Part shown: positions 10,876 to 22,345 of the stretch, piece after piece
How positions within the stretch are numbered: position 1 is the stretch's first letter
Layout: each line of letters begins with the position of its first letter
DNA from: an uncultured delta proteobacterium
GTDB taxonomy: Bacteria > Myxococcota_A > Polyangia > Polyangiales > Polyangiaceae
Length of the DNA: 64,000 nucleotides
Direction of reading: 5' to 3'
NCBI GenBank assembly: GCA_963716725.1
Contig: CAVQUB010000007.1
Location: forward strand, 32,001 to 96,000
Notes under the pieces: model-generated
What the model was told of the DNA's origin: nothing
Databases searched by the model: none
What the model saw: the letters and a program-made list of their open reading frames with translations, nothing else
Made by a program: the position numbers and the translations under genes

Positions 10876-11565
10876 ATGGGGCGACTCCTCGGCTTCTTCC
10901 TGCTCGTCCTGCTCTCCGTCTCGCTGCTGCGGACCCTGCCGGTCGTGGGCTCGTGGTTCCAGGGCTTCTTCGGCTTCTGGCTGGCGGCGATCGGGCTGAG
11001 CCTGGGCCTGACACGGCTCTCCGTCTTGCTGACGCGCCGCCGGCGCAGCGCTGGCGAGCTGCGCCAGCTGAGCGAGGTCGACAGCCCGCACAACCGTGGC
11101 AAGCTGGGCTCGTTGCTGCTGGCCAGCTCGCGCCCGCGGGCGGCCCTGCCGCATCTGGAGGCCGCGGTGGCCGGCGAGCCCGACCTGGCGGAATGGCGCT
11201 ACCGGCTGGGTGCGGCGTTGCTCGCCGCGGGGCGGGCTGCACGGGCGCGCACGGTGCTGGAGGCCGCGGCGGCGATCGACGAGGAGCACGCCTACGGCGC
11301 GGTCCAGCTCGCGCTGGCCGACGCGCGCCAGCGCAGCGACGACGCCGCCGCAGCGCTGGAGGCCCTGGACCGGTTCGATCGCAACCACGGCGAGTCCCCC
11401 GAGAGCTGCTACCGGCGTGGACAGGCCCTGCGGCGGCTGGGCCGGCGCGAGGAGGCGCGCGCGAGCTTTCGGCGCGTGACGCGGCTCGCCAGCCGGGCGG
11501 CACGCTTCCAGCGCGCCCAGAACCGTCCCTGGGTCTGGCGCTCGCTGCTGGCGCGCCTGGTCTAG
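10876..11565 (+). CDS. Membrane-anchored TPR protein
   Basis: Two N-terminal TM helices, then TPR-like repeats (LEAAVAGEPDLAEWRYRLG, ESCYRRGQAL..LGRREEA). Confidence 0.75.
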   Translation: MGRLLGFFLLVLLSVSLLRTLPVVGSWFQGFFGFWLAAIGLSLGLTRLSVLLTRRRRSAGELRQLSEVDSPHNRGKLGSLLLASSRPRAALPHLEAAVAGEPDLAEWRYRLGAALLAAGRAARARTVLEAAAAIDEEHAYGAVQLALADARQRSDDAAAALEALDRFDRNHGESPESCYRRGQALRRLGRREEARASFRRVTRLASRAARFQRAQNRPWVWRSLLARLV

Positions 11566-11572
11566 CGGCCCC

Positions 11573-12337
11573 TCAGGGGACGCGGCGGGCGAAGGCGATC
11601 TGCGCGACCAGGAACGCCACCGCGCTGACCCCTAGCAGCGGCCCGACGATGGCCAGGTCGAGCGAGCGCTGGCCGTAGATGCGCATGAGCACCTCGATGT
11701 CGACCAGCCGGATGGCCGACCAGTGCGTCACGCGCTCGACCAGGTAGAGCGCGAACTGCAGGATCGTCAGGAACAGCAGGCCGGTGGCGATCACCATCGG
11801 CCTGCGGCCGAGGCTCGACCAGCAGAAGGCCAGGCTGTAGATCGCCAGCAGGAAGATGCTCTCGTGCAGCGCGGCCAGCATGTAGGGCGGGAGGCTGCCG
11901 GGCTCGTCGACGAAGGTCAGCAGCCAGGGGATGGTCAGCGTGGTGACGAGCAGCGGGAGGATCAGCGCCAGGGCGCCCTGGACGTAGCGCTCGGTCAGGA
12001 TGCGGCGGCGGGAGATCGGTCGCGCCAGCAGGATCTCCAGCGTGCCGCGGTGGGCCTCGCCGGCGACGGCGCCCATGGCGAACAGCACGGCGGCCACGGC
12101 GCCGAGCACGTTGGCACCCTTGAAGAAGTGCTGGCCGGCCACGTAGGCGAAGACCCCGCCCGCCTCCAGCGAGGTGACCAGTTGCTTGAGCACCGGCAGC
12201 GGCGTCAACGAGCGCAGCTTGCCGACGTTCTGCTCGAAGCTCGGCCAGTAGAGGATGGCCGGGACCAGCATCAGCTCCAGCACGACGCCCAGGAACAGCC
12301 CGCGCCACAGGGCCGAGCGCGTCTCGTGGGAGACCAT
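11573..12337 (-). CDS. ABC-2 type transporter permease
   Basis: Multiple TM helices; VAGEAHRGTLEILLARPISRRRIL motif; coupled to the ATPase gene. Confidence 0.85.
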   Translation of the reverse strand: MVSHETRSALWRGLFLGVVLELMLVPAILYWPSFEQNVGKLRSLTPLPVLKQLVTSLEAGGVFAYVAGQHFFKGANVLGAVAAVLFAMGAVAGEAHRGTLEILLARPISRRRILTERYVQGALALILPLLVTTLTIPWLLTFVDEPGSLPPYMLAALHESIFLLAIYSLAFCWSSLGRRPMVIATGLLFLTILQFALYLVERVTHWSAIRLVDIEVLMRIYGQRSLDLAIVGPLLGVSAVAFLVAQIAFARRVP

Positions 12338-13275
12338 CAGCAGGCCTCCACGCCGTACAGGTCGCGGTACAGCTCGCGCAGCGAGAGCTCGCCGTATTGC
12401 ACCGAGCAGGGCGGCGGCAGGTCGTCGCGCGCTCCCAGCGCGGCCAGCAGCGGGCGCGGATCGGCCTGATCGAGCTCGATCACCGCGTGCAAGCCGGTGC
12501 GCTGGAAACGTACCCCCTGCAGCGACTCGAGCGCGCGCTGGAGCGCCGGCTGCTCCAGGCCCTCCCAGCTCAGGCGCACCAGGCGCGAGGCGCGCTCGCG
12601 CAGCTCGGCCGCCCGCTCGATGGCGACCAGGCGACCTTCGTTGAGGAAGACGAACACCTCGCAGGCCCGGTCGACCTCGCCCAGGTGGTGCGACGACAGC
12701 AGGATCGTGGTTCCCGCCGCCGCGTCCTCGTCCAGGAGATCGAGCACGACGCTGCGCTTGTTGGGGTCGAGGCCCTCGGAGACCTCGTCGAGGATGCGCA
12801 CGCCCACGCGCGGCGCCAGGGCCGCGGCGAACAGCAGCTGGCGCTTCATGCCGTGGCTGTAGGTGTGGACCTTCTTGCGCAGCGGCAGGCCCAGCTCGCC
12901 CGCGATGCGACGGGCGCGCTCCTGCGCCTGGCGTCCACGCCCGCGCAGGAACCAGTCGAGGTGCGCGGCCGCGTTCAGGTCCCCGTACAGGGCGATCTCG
13001 CCCGGCGCGTAGGTGGTCCGTCGGCGCACCGCGGTGCCGTCGCCGACGACCGGCTCTCCATCGACGCTGGCGCTGCCCGCGTCGGGGCGAACCAGGCCGG
13101 TCAGCATGCGCAGCAAAGTGCTCTTGCCGCTGCCGTTGGGACCCAGCAGCCCCACGACGCCGCCCGGGCCGAGCTCCAGCTCGAGCGGCTCGAGGGCGAC
13201 CCGCTGGCCGAAGCTCCGCGTCAGGCCGTGCACGACGATGCGGCGATCGCCCAGGACCGTGGGTGCGGTGGACAT
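12337..13275 (-). CDS. ABC transporter ATP-binding protein
   Basis: Walker A GPNGSGKST, signature YSHGMKR, Walker B ILDE, SSHHL. Confidence 0.95.
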   Translation of the reverse strand: MSTAPTVLGDRRIVVHGLTRSFGQRVALEPLELELGPGGVVGLLGPNGSGKSTLLRMLTGLVRPDAGSASVDGEPVVGDGTAVRRRTTYAPGEIALYGDLNAAAHLDWFLRGRGRQAQERARRIAGELGLPLRKKVHTYSHGMKRQLLFAAALAPRVGVRILDEVSEGLDPNKRSVVLDLLDEDAAAGTTILLSSHHLGEVDRACEVFVFLNEGRLVAIERAAELRERASRLVRLSWEGLEQPALQRALESLQGVRFQRTGLHAVIELDQADPRPLLAALGARDDLPPPCSVQYGELSLRELYRDLYGVEAC

Positions 13276-13317
13276 GCTGGCTGATTCTCCGCGCGGGGTC
13301 GCCCCGCGCAAGCGCGG

Positions 13318-14457
13318 CTAGGGAACGCAGTGCGGGACGCCTGCGGCGTCGACGAGGACCTCGGCCGAGCACCACGAGCCCATCGGACGGCCGTCCGCGC
13401 CGGTCGCCGAGGGGTTGCGCTGGTAGCGGGCGTCCATCAATTCCACCCACGTGCCGTTCGCGCCCTCGACCAGCGCGGCGTGCGGGTGTCGAACGAAGCT
13501 ACGCCAGGCTCCCGCGCAGTCCGAGTCGAGGGCGGCGCGTACACGCGGGTCGTGGTCGAGTCGGCCGACCCGTTGCAGCCCTTTCGCTCCGCTGGCCAGG
13601 TTCAGATCGGCGACGTAGACGGCGCGCTCGGTCTCGACCAGCACCGTCCAGCTCAGCGGATCGAGCGGGGCGGGGGCGTGCGTGACGTCGAGGACGCTCT
13701 CGTCCGCGCCGCGTTCGGCGGCGACCATCTCCCGGCCCACCCGCTCGGCCCGCGGTCCGAGCCCGGCCAGGAGCGCGAGGTACAGCGCCGCGGCGCCGAA
13801 GGAGAACCTCAGCGCGCGGGCCGGTCGCCGCAGACCCCAGCCTGCGGCGCGCGCGGCCACGAGACCGGCCAGCCCGACGAACCAGGCCATGGCGAAGCTC
13901 CACGCGACCAGTCCGCCTGCGGCCGCCGCCCCGACGGCGGCCCCAGCCAGCGCGAGGACGACGCCCCAGGCGAGCGTGCCGGCCCGCGATCGGGGCCCTG
14001 CCAGCAGGGCGCCCGCGCCCAGCGCCAGCCACAGCCACGGGTCGACGATGAAGGCGATGTCCCCGTAGTACCAGCGCGGATCGAAGGGCAGCCAGGGGCG
14101 CAGCCCGTAGATGTTCAGCAGGTCGAGCAAGGGGTGGCTGCCGAGCGCGACCGTGGCGAGCGTCAAGGCTCCCGCCCAGGAACCCGCGTCCACCCCATCG
14201 CGCCGCGCGCGCCGGCGCTCGAGCCAGCGCAGACCGCCGGCCAGCAGCAGGGCCTGCAGCGCGATCCCGGGAACGGCGTGCGTGATGCCGCGATGGTGCA
14301 CGAGGTAGCCCTCGCGGCCGGCCCACAGGCGCACGAGGGCGTCGAGGTCGGGCAGGTTGGCCCCTACCACCAGCGCGGGCGTCGCGAAGGGCGAGAGGCG
14401 GCCGAGGCGGGTGCGCGCGAGGGCGGCGCCCAGCAGCGTGTGCGTGAGGTTGTCCAC
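13318..14457 (-). CDS. Metal-dependent membrane hydrolase (YdjM-like)
   Basis: [40 protein letters not shown]. Confidence 0.85.
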   Translation of the reverse strand: MDNLTHTLLGAALARTRLGRLSPFATPALVVGANLPDLDALVRLWAGREGYLVHHRGITHAVPGIALQALLLAGGLRWLERRRARRDGVDAGSWAGALTLATVALGSHPLLDLLNIYGLRPWLPFDPRWYYGDIAFIVDPWLWLALGAGALLAGPRSRAGTLAWGVVLALAGAAVGAAAAGGLVAWSFAMAWFVGLAGLVAARAAGWGLRRPARALRFSFGAAALYLALLAGLGPRAERVGREMVAAERGADESVLDVTHAPAPLDPLSWTVLVETERAVYVADLNLASGAKGLQRVGRLDHDPRVRAALDSDCAGAWRSFVRHPHAALVEGANGTWVELMDARYQRNPSATGADGRPMGSWCSAEVLVDAAGVPHCVP

Positions 14458-14470
14458 CCGGGCCCGGCGC

Positions 14471-15579
14471 TCAGCCGGCGAGGTCGACCAGCGGCGGACC
14501 CAGGACCTCGGGTCGCACGCGCAGCCCCAGGCCCGGCAGGCTGGAGGCGGCCAGGCGGCCTGCCGCGCGCTGCGGCGCGCCCTCGGCCGTGCTCAGCGGT
14601 CACGTAGCTGTTGAAGTCCGTCGCGCTGAACAGCAGCTCGGACGGCGTGCTGTGGGCCAGGTGGGCGATGGCGGCCGTGGTCACGTCGCCGCCCCAGGAG
14701 TCCTCGATCGTCATGGCGATCCCCAGCCGCGCGCACAGGTCCCGCGCCAGCCGCGTCGGGGTCAGGCCACCCAGCTTGGAGATCTTCAGGTTGACGACGT
14801 CCATGGCGCCGTCGGCGTGGCCGCGCAGCAGCGGCCCCAGCCCGTCGATCGACTCGTCCAGGACGAACGGATGCTCACAGTGGCGGCGCACGGCCAGGCA
14901 CTCCTCGTAGCTGGCGCAGGGCTGCTCGATGTAGACGTCGACGTCGCGCACGGCACGGATCACGCGCAGGGCCTCGTGCTGCAGCCAGCCGGTGTTGGCA
15001 TCCGCGATCAGGACGTCGCCGCGCTGGAGCACCCCGGCCACGGCGCGGATGCGCTCGATGTCGGTCTCCACGTCGCCCCCGACCTTGAGCTGGAAGCGTC
15101 GGTAGCCCTCGGCCCTGTAGCCCGTGACACTCTCCGCCATGGCCCTGGGGCTTCCCTGCGAGATCGCCCGATAGAGCTGGAAGCTCTCGCCGTGGCGCGC
15201 CTCCGAGCAGGGTGCAGACCGGCAGGCCGGCCGCCTGGCCCAGGAGGTCCCAGACGGCGATGTCGATCGCGCTCTTGGCGTAGGGGTGGCCCTTGAGGGC
15301 CGCGTCCATCCGGCGGTAGAGCCGCTCGGGCTCGCGCGGGTCGGCGCCCAGCAGCTGCGGGGCGAGCTCGGCGATGGCCGTGCGCGCCCCGGCCGCGTAG
15401 GCGGGCAGGTAGGCCGGGCCCAGCGGGCAGACCTCGCCCCAGCCGATCCGACCGTCGCCGGTCTCCAGGCGCACCAGGGTCGAGTCGAAGACCTCCACCG
15501 AGCGCCCGCCCGACCACTTGTAGCTGCCCTCGCGGAGCGGCAGCTCGACCCGGTAGGCGGAGATCCTGCGGATTTCCAT
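14471..15579 (-). CDS. Enolase-superfamily enzyme, cis-3-hydroxy-L-proline dehydratase / hydroxyproline-betaine epimerase-like (frameshifted)
   Basis: [57 protein letters not shown]. Confidence 0.8.
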
Positions 15580-15617
15580 GGGGCCCGACACGGTAGCCGA
15601 ACGCATCCTGGTGGGCC

Positions 15618-16589
15618 ATGGGCCTCGTGCTGCTGTCGGCCGAAGACCTCGCGCGGCTCCTGCCGCTGCGGGACACGATCGAGGCGATGAAGCGCGCCTT
15701 CGCCGCGGTCGCCTCCGGCTCGGCGCAGCAGCCGCAGCGGGCCGTGCTGGAGACGGCCGAGGGGACCACCCTGGTCATGCCCGGGGCGATCCGCGGGCGC
15801 GCGCTGGGGACCAAGCTCGTCAGCTTGTTCCCGGGCAACCCGGCGCTGGGCCGCCCGACCCTGCAGGGTCTGCTCGCGCTGCTCGACCCGTCGACGGGCA
15901 CGCCCGCGGCGCTGATCGACGCGGCGGCCCTGACGGCCTGGCGCACGGGCGCCGCCTCCGGAGCCGCGACCGACCTGCTGGCCCGACGCGACGCACGCCT
16001 CGGCGCTGTGATCGGCAGCGGGCCCCAGGCCCGTACCCAGGCCCTGGCGATCGACGCCGTGCGCGAGCTCTCCGAGATCCGCCTCGCCGCCCGCGACCGG
16101 GCCAAGCTGGAGCGCTTCGCGCGCGAACTCGCTCCGCTCCTGCGCGCGCGCGTCGTCCCCTGCGGCTCCGCGGCCGAGGCCGTGGACGGGGCCGACTGCG
16201 TGTGCACCGCGACGGACGCGCGGGCCGCGCTGTTCGCCGCCGCGGACCTGGCGCCGGGCGTGCACGTCAACGCCGTGGGCAGCTTCACGCTGCAGATGCG
16301 CGAGCTCGACGAGGACACCGTCGCCGGCGCCCGCGTGTTCGTCGACGAGCGCGCGGCGGCGCTGGCCGAGTCCGGCGAGCTGGTCGCGGCGTTGCGGGCC
16401 GGACGCACGCGTGCGCAGGACTGGACCGAGCTGGGGGACGTGGTCCTGGGCCGGGCGGCGGGCCGCCTGGAGCGGGACGAGCGCACGCTGTTCAAGTCGG
16501 TCGGCCTCGTCGCCCAGGACCTGGAAGCGGGTGCGCTGGCGCTCGAGCGCGCCCGCGCCCAGGGCCTGGGCCGGGAGCTGGAGCTGTGA
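15618..16589 (+). CDS. Ornithine cyclodeaminase/mu-crystallin family, probable pyrroline-2-carboxylate reductase
   Basis: [41 protein letters not shown]; hydroxyproline gene context. Confidence 0.85.
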   Translation: MGLVLLSAEDLARLLPLRDTIEAMKRAFAAVASGSAQQPQRAVLETAEGTTLVMPGAIRGRALGTKLVSLFPGNPALGRPTLQGLLALLDPSTGTPAALIDAAALTAWRTGAASGAATDLLARRDARLGAVIGSGPQARTQALAIDAVRELSEIRLAARDRAKLERFARELAPLLRARVVPCGSAAEAVDGADCVCTATDARAALFAAADLAPGVHVNAVGSFTLQMRELDEDTVAGARVFVDERAAALAESGELVAALRAGRTRAQDWTELGDVVLGRAAGRLERDERTLFKSVGLVAQDLEAGALALERARAQGLGRELEL

Positions 16590-17614
16590 CCCAGGACGGC
16601 TGGGACCCTCCGGCGGACTGGACGCGCATCCGCAGCGTGGACGCCCACGCGGCCGGCGAGCCGCTGCGCGTGGTGGTCGCCGGCCTGCCTGCGATTCCCG
16701 GCGAAACGATGCTGGCCAAGCGTCGCTTCGCGCACGAGCAGCTCGACGCGCTGCGCCGGCTCCTGCTGTGGGAGCCGCGCGGGCACGCCGACATGTACGG
16801 GGCCATCCCGACCGAGCCGGTCACGCCGGACGGGGACTTCGGCGTGCTGTTCCTGCACAACGCGGGACTGAGCACCATGTGCGGGCACGGGATCATCGCG
16901 CTGGTCACGGTCGCGCTCGAGACCGGCTGGCCCGTCGTGCGCGACCCCGGCCGCATCGCCATCGACACCCCGGCGGGGCGCATCACGGCGCGCGCCCGGC
17001 TCGAGGCCGGACGCGTCGCCGGCGTGGCCTTCGAGAACGTGCCTTCCTTCGCCCTGCGTCGCGGCCTGCGGGTCGAGGTCGAAGGGCTGGGGCGGGTCAC
17101 CTGCGACGTGGCCTTCGGGGGCGCCTTCTACGCCTTCGTGGAGGCCGATGCGCTGGGGCTCGAGCTCGTGCCGAGCGAGGTCGGCCGGGTCCTCGACGTG
17201 GGCCGGCGCGTCCGCGTGGCCGTGGCCGCCGCGCTCGACGTGCGCCACCCCGGGGGCGCGGAGGACCTGGGCTTCCTCTACGGCACGATCCTGACCGCGC
17301 CGGCGCGCGCGGGCGGGCACAGCCGCCATGCCTGCGTCTTCGCCGACGGCGAGCTGGACCGCTCGCCCACCGGCACGGGCGTCGCCGCCCGGGCGGCGCT
17401 GCTGCACGCCGACGGCCTGCTGGAGGCGGGGCGCTGGATCGGGATCGAGAGCCTGGTCGGGACGCGCTTCGACGTCCGCGTCCTGCGCCGCGCCGACGTG
17501 GGCGGGCTGCCCGCCGTGGTGCCCGAGGTGGCCGGCAGCGCCCACCTGACCGGACGCCACGAGTTCCTGCTCGACCCCCGCGATCCGCTCGCGGGCGGGT
17601 TCCTCCTGCGCTGA
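16586..17614 (+). CDS. Proline racemase family, Cys/Thr type (probable trans-3-hydroxy-L-proline dehydratase)
   Basis: [25 protein letters not shown] and DRSPTGTG (Thr at the second catalytic site); GTG overlaps the upstream TGA. Confidence 0.85.
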   Translation: MTQDGWDPPADWTRIRSVDAHAAGEPLRVVVAGLPAIPGETMLAKRRFAHEQLDALRRLLLWEPRGHADMYGAIPTEPVTPDGDFGVLFLHNAGLSTMCGHGIIALVTVALETGWPVVRDPGRIAIDTPAGRITARARLEAGRVAGVAFENVPSFALRRGLRVEVEGLGRVTCDVAFGGAFYAFVEADALGLELVPSEVGRVLDVGRRVRVAVAAALDVRHPGGAEDLGFLYGTILTAPARAGGHSRHACVFADGELDRSPTGTGVAARAALLHADGLLEAGRWIGIESLVGTRFDVRVLRRADVGGLPAVVPEVAGSAHLTGRHEFLLDPRDPLAGGFLLR

Positions 17615-17643
17615 GGCGCGCGCGGGGCCGTAGAGTGACCGCG

Positions 17644-18411
17644 ATGGAGGTCCCGCGCCTGGTCGGAGAGCTCAAGCGCGACGCCCTGGGCCGCGTCGAG
17701 CTGCTCGAGCGCGGCGGCGAGCGCGTCGTGCGGCGCGTCGCCTGCGGCGGCGGCCTGCCGCTCTCGGGGCTGGTGGCGCGCCAGCTCCTGCGGCGCGAGC
17801 GCCGGGCGCTGCAGGTCCTGGAAGGCCTGGCGGGAGTGCCGCGGCGGCTGCAGGAGCCTGCCTGGGCGAGCGCCCCCGGCCCCGACGGCGAGGCCCCTGC
17901 GGCGCGCGAGGTGCTGGCGCGCACGTTCCTCGCGGGCACGCCGCTGCACCGCGCCGAGGCCCTGCCCGAGGACTTCTTCGAGCACCTGGCCGAGCTGGTC
18001 GAGCAACTGCACCAGCGCGGCGTGTGCCACAACGACCTGCACAAGGAGCAGAACGTCGTCGTCGGCCCCGACGGCCGGCCCGGCCTGATCGACTTCCAGC
18101 TCGCCAGCGTCCATCCCCGGCGCGGGCGCGCCTTCCGCGCCCGCGTGCGCGACGACCTGCGCCACGTGGACAAGCACCGCCGCCGCTACCTGCAGCCAGG
18201 GCGGGGTCCCGACGGAGCGCGCCCGCCGTCGCACGCTCGCCCCCGTCGCACCCCGGCCGCTGCGCTGTGGAGGCGGGGCGTCAAGCCGCTCTACAACCTG
18301 CTCACCCGTGGGCTGCTGCGCACCCGCGACGGCGAGGAGCGGCGCGCCTCCAGCGGACCCTGGCCGCGCTGGACCCCGCCCCTGGGGCCCACGGGCGGGC
18401 CCGGCGATTGA
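17644..18411 (+). CDS. Protein-kinase-like (RIO/Kdo-type) phosphotransferase
   Basis: HQRGVCHNDLHKEQN catalytic loop and LIDFQLA. Confidence 0.75.
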   Translation: MEVPRLVGELKRDALGRVELLERGGERVVRRVACGGGLPLSGLVARQLLRRERRALQVLEGLAGVPRRLQEPAWASAPGPDGEAPAAREVLARTFLAGTPLHRAEALPEDFFEHLAELVEQLHQRGVCHNDLHKEQNVVVGPDGRPGLIDFQLASVHPRRGRAFRARVRDDLRHVDKHRRRYLQPGRGPDGARPPSHARPRRTPAAALWRRGVKPLYNLLTRGLLRTRDGEERRASSGPWPRWTPPLGPTGGPGD

Positions 18412-18444
18412 TTCGGGAGCGCGCGCTGCCTAGCGTGGCCGCGC

Positions 18445-19811
18445 ATGGACGTCGTGATCGTCGGAGCGGGCGAGGTCGGCCACCACCTGGCGGAGATCCT
18501 CTCGCGGCGAGGACCACCGCGTGACGGTCATCGACACCGATCCGGTCAAGTGCCAGCGCCTGCTCGAGTCGCTCGACGTTCAGGCCGTGGTGGGGGACGG
18601 AGCCACGGCCGACGTACTGACGCGCTGCGGCACCTCCAAGGCCGACCTGTTCATCGCCGTCACCGCCAACGACCAGGTCAACATGCTGGCCTGCGTGCTG
18701 GCCAGCGAGCTGGGGGCGCGCCGCCGCATCCTGCGCCTGAAGGACATCGCGCCGCTGGCCGGCTACCGCTACTTCTACAAGCACAGCCTGGGCTTCGACG
18801 TCGTGCTCTCGACCGAGGAGCTGGCCGCCGACGAGATCGTCAACGCCGTGCTCCGAGCAGAACGCGCTGGAGGTCGAGACCTTCGCCGACGGCCGCGTGC
18901 ACCTGCGCCGGCTGCGGCTGCAAGCAGACAGCGAGATCGACCCAGGCCCCGCTCTCGGGCGTGCGCCTGCCCTCGGGCGTGCTGATCGGCGGCGTGCTGC
19001 GCCGCGACCGCTTCTTCGTGCCCGACGGCGACGACCAGCTCGCAGGTCGACGATCAGATCTACCTGCTCGGCCGCAGCACCGACCTGGACGCCTTCGAGC
19101 GCATGACCGGAGCAGGGCCGCGCGGCCGCCGCAGCGTGGTCCTGATGGGCGCGGGCGGCATCGGCCGCTCGGTCGCCGTGCGCCTTGCGCAGCGCGAGGA
19201 CATCTCCCTGCGCGTGATCGAGCGCAACCCCGGGCGCGCCCAGGAGCTGGCCAACCGCGTGCCGGCCGGCGTGATGGTGCTGGTGGGGGACGCGACCGAC
19301 CTGGACCTCCTGCTGGAGGAGCGCATCGGCGAGGCCAACCTGTTCGTCGCCACAAGCGACGACGACGAGCGCAACATGGTGGCCTGCCAGCTCGCCCGCT
19401 CGCTGGGCGCGGAGCGCACCATCGCCCTGGTCAACAAGGCGCTCCTACCGGCAGATCTACGACCTGCTCGGCATCGACCAGGCCATCTCGCCGCGCATCC
19501 TGTGCGCCAACCGGATCCTGCGCTTCGTGCGCACGCTCCTCGGTCGCCTCGGTCGCCGTCGATCGGCGAGGGCAAGGCCGAGGTGCTCGAGGTCGAGGCG
19601 CGCTTCCGCAAGGGCTCGGCCAGGCTCAAGAACCTCGACCTGCCGCGCGGGACGCTGGTCGGCGCGGTCGTGCGCGCCGACGAGGTGGTCATCCCCAACG
19701 GCGAGCACCGTGGTCGAGGACGGCGATCACGTGATCCTGTTCGCGACCTCCGACCAGGCCGAGGAGGTCGAGGCGCTGTTCCGCGAAGGCGCGGACGGCG
19801 AGCGGGACTGA
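18445..19811 (+). CDS. trkA: Trk potassium uptake NAD-binding subunit (frameshifted)
   Basis: MDVVIVGAGEVG, GDGAT, IAVT.NDQVN, second RCK domain MGAGGIG..GDATD..LLEE, ISPR. Confidence 0.9.
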
Positions 19812-19826
19812 GCGCGTCGCGCGACG

Positions 19827-20040
19827 ATGGACCTGCGCGCGGTCGCCTGGCTCCGGGGCTGCGCGGTCTTGCCGCTGGCCGCGGTCGGGCGGGTGCCCGG
19901 CGACCTGGCGGCGGCCGGCCCCAGACCACGGACACCTGCCGGTGCTTGCCAAGCTGCTCCTGACCATCTACATGATCCTGGGCCGGAGGGGCTGCTCGGC
20001 CAGCGCGGCCCTGCTCGTCCCCGGCTCCTGGCGCCGCTGA
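19827..20040 (+). pseudogene. Internally deleted, decayed trkH paralogue remnant
   Basis: Begins MDLRAVAWLRGCAVL (trkH: MNLRAVAWLLGCAVL) and ends LPVLAKLLLTIYMILGRRGCSASAALLVPGSWRR* (trkH: ..MILGRLEFYAVVILLLPGFWRR*). Confidence 0.8.
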
Positions 20041-20136
20041 CGGGGCCCGACCCGGGACCGCGTCCCTGAGCATGTTCCTCGTCCACCCCCTCCGAACGAC
20101 GCCGGGAAGCCGCCAGGGCGGCGCGGGAGGACCGCG

Positions 20137-21653
20137 GTGAACCTGCGCGCGGTCGCCTGGCTGCTGGGCTGTGCGGTGCTGCTGATCGCCGGCTTCCTGC
20201 TGGTCCCCGCTGCCATCGGCCTGGGCTACGGCGAGTCCGGTACCGTGCGCGCCTGCCTGCTCTCGGCGCTCGCCAGCGCGCTGCCGGGGAGCGCCTTGGT
20301 CGGGTTCAATCGCGGCAGCGCGGTCAGCGCCGACGGGCGCCTGGACTACTTCCGGCGCGAGGGGCTGGCGGTCGTCGGGCTGACCTGGCTCGCGGCCGGT
20401 GCGCTGGGCGCGCTGCCCTACCTGTTCAGCGGCGTGCTGCGCTCGCCGATCGACGCCTTCTTCGAGTCCGCCTCGGGCTTCACCACGACCGGCTCGACCG
20501 TCCTGTCCGGCGACGCGATCGACGGCCTGCCGCACGGCATCGCCTTCTGGCGCTCGTTCACCCACTGGCTGGGCGGCATCGGCATCGTGATGGTCTTCGT
20601 GGTGCTGTTCCCGACCGGCGGCCGCAGCCTGTTCCGCTCCGAGGTGCCGGGCATCGCGCGCGAGGCCTCGCGCCAGCGCGTGCGCGACAGCGCCCTGGCG
20701 CTGGTCAAGATCTACGTGGTCCTGACCGCCGTCCAGGTCGCACTGCTGCTGGCCGCCGGGCTGGGCCTGGTTCGACGCGGTGATCCACGCCTTCGGGACG
20801 CTGGCGACCGGCGGCTTCTCGAGCCACTCCACCAGCGTGGCCCACTTCGGGTCGTGGGCGGTCGAGCTGATCATCATCGTGTTCATGTTCGTCGCCGGGC
20901 TGAACTTCGCCATCTACGACAGCGCGCTGCGACAGGGGCCACGCCGGGCCTGGCAGCTGGCCGCCGGCTCGACCGAGGTGCGCTGGTACACGGGCATGGT
21001 CGTGATCTCGACCATCGCCATCGCCCTGGCGCTGTGGTTCTGGGGCGGCAGCAACGGCGACGCGGGCGTAGGACCTGCCGGACTACTCGCACTTCCTGCT
21101 GGCCCTGCGCGACAGCGCCTTCTCGGTCGTCTCGCTGCAGACCAGCACCGGCTACGGCACGGCGGACTTCGACCGCTGGCCCGAGTTCTGCCGCGTCCTG
21201 CTGATGCTGCTGGCCTTCGTCGGCGCCTGCGCGGGCTCGACCGGCGGCGGGCTCAAGGTGGTGCGCTTCCTGATCGTCGGCCGGGCCGCGCTGCGCGGCG
21301 TGCGCCAGTTCGCGCGCCCGCGCGCGATCCACGTCGTGCGCATCGACGACGACACCCTGGACGAGGGCGTCGTCGCCTCGGTCACCGGCTACTTCGGCTG
21401 TGGGTCCTGTTCCTGCTCCTGGGCACGTCTGGCCCTGAGCCTGATCGGCGTCGACCTGGTGACCGCCTCGACGGCGGTCGCTGGCGACGCTCAACAACAT
21501 CGGCCCGGGCCTGGCGCGAGTCGGGCCGTACACTGAACTTCGCCGAGCTGCCGGACCTGGTCAAGCTCGCTGCTGACCGTCCTGATGATCCTCGGCCGCC
21601 TGGAGTTCTACGCGGTCGTGATCCTGCTGCTGCCGGGCTTCTGGCGCCGCTGA
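20137..21653 (+). CDS. trkH: Trk potassium uptake membrane subunit (frameshifted)
   Basis: FESASGFTTTGST, WRSFTHWLGGIGI, LATGGFS, TSTGYG, GACAGSTGGGLK, NNIGPG, GRLEF. Confidence 0.92.
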
Positions 21654-21671
21654 GCGCCGGCGCGCGCGCGC

Positions 21672-22337
21672 TCAGAGGATGTCCTCGCGGTAGAACCAGC
21701 GGCGCCGGTGAGCAGGTCGTGGCGCCTGGCGTCACCAGCCGCCACAGCTGGTCGGGGCCCAGGACCGTCAGGTACTCCCGCGGGGCCGTCGCCCGGTCCA
21801 GGACCAGCCGCCCGGAGACCAGCGCCACCAGGCGGCGCGGCCCGTCCTCGCTGTCGCGACGAAGACGCCCGCACCGATCTGGTCGGCGCGTCCGCGCAGG
21901 GCCGTCGGGGATGCTCGATCAGGAGCCCGTACGACGCGCGGGTCGCTCGGAGCGTGCGCGACGCGCTGCGCCAGGAGCCCGCCCTCGCTGCGCCCGCGCA
22001 CGAGCAACTGGACTCCCGGCGGCCGGGGTCGACGAAGAGCAGCGGGACGGTCGGCAGGCGGATCTGCGTCTCGGCCGTGTAGAGCCCGCCGCCGAGCGGC
22101 TCGATCACGGAGAGCTCGACGCTCGGCCCGTCGCCGAACCAGGCCGCGATCTCGACCTCGCCGGAGCGCGCCGTGCGCCCGAGGAAGACGACGCCGTAGT
22201 CGGTCGAGACGCCCAGCTCGTGCCGCCGGAGGTGCGGATCTCGCACGTCGGGTCGATCAGCGTGCGCGTGCCCGGCAGGCGCGCCAGCAGCGCACAGGCC
22301 AGGGCGACAGAGGCGCGGCGAGAGGAGTCTGCGTCAT
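21672..22337 (-). CDS. Hypothetical exported protein (frameshifted)
   Basis: Hydrophobic N-terminus, then ELGVSTDYGVVFLGRTARSGEVEIAAWFGDGP...; ends YREDIL*; starts just after the peptidase gene stop. Confidence 0.5.
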
Positions 22338-22345
22338 GTCGGGGG

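Noticed and set aside
8681..11503. 940-aa ORF appearing to fuse LpxB with an ECF sigma factor
   Set aside because: A single indel near 9955 shifts lpxB into the sigma frame; the real LpxB C-terminus is in the 9382-10074 frame
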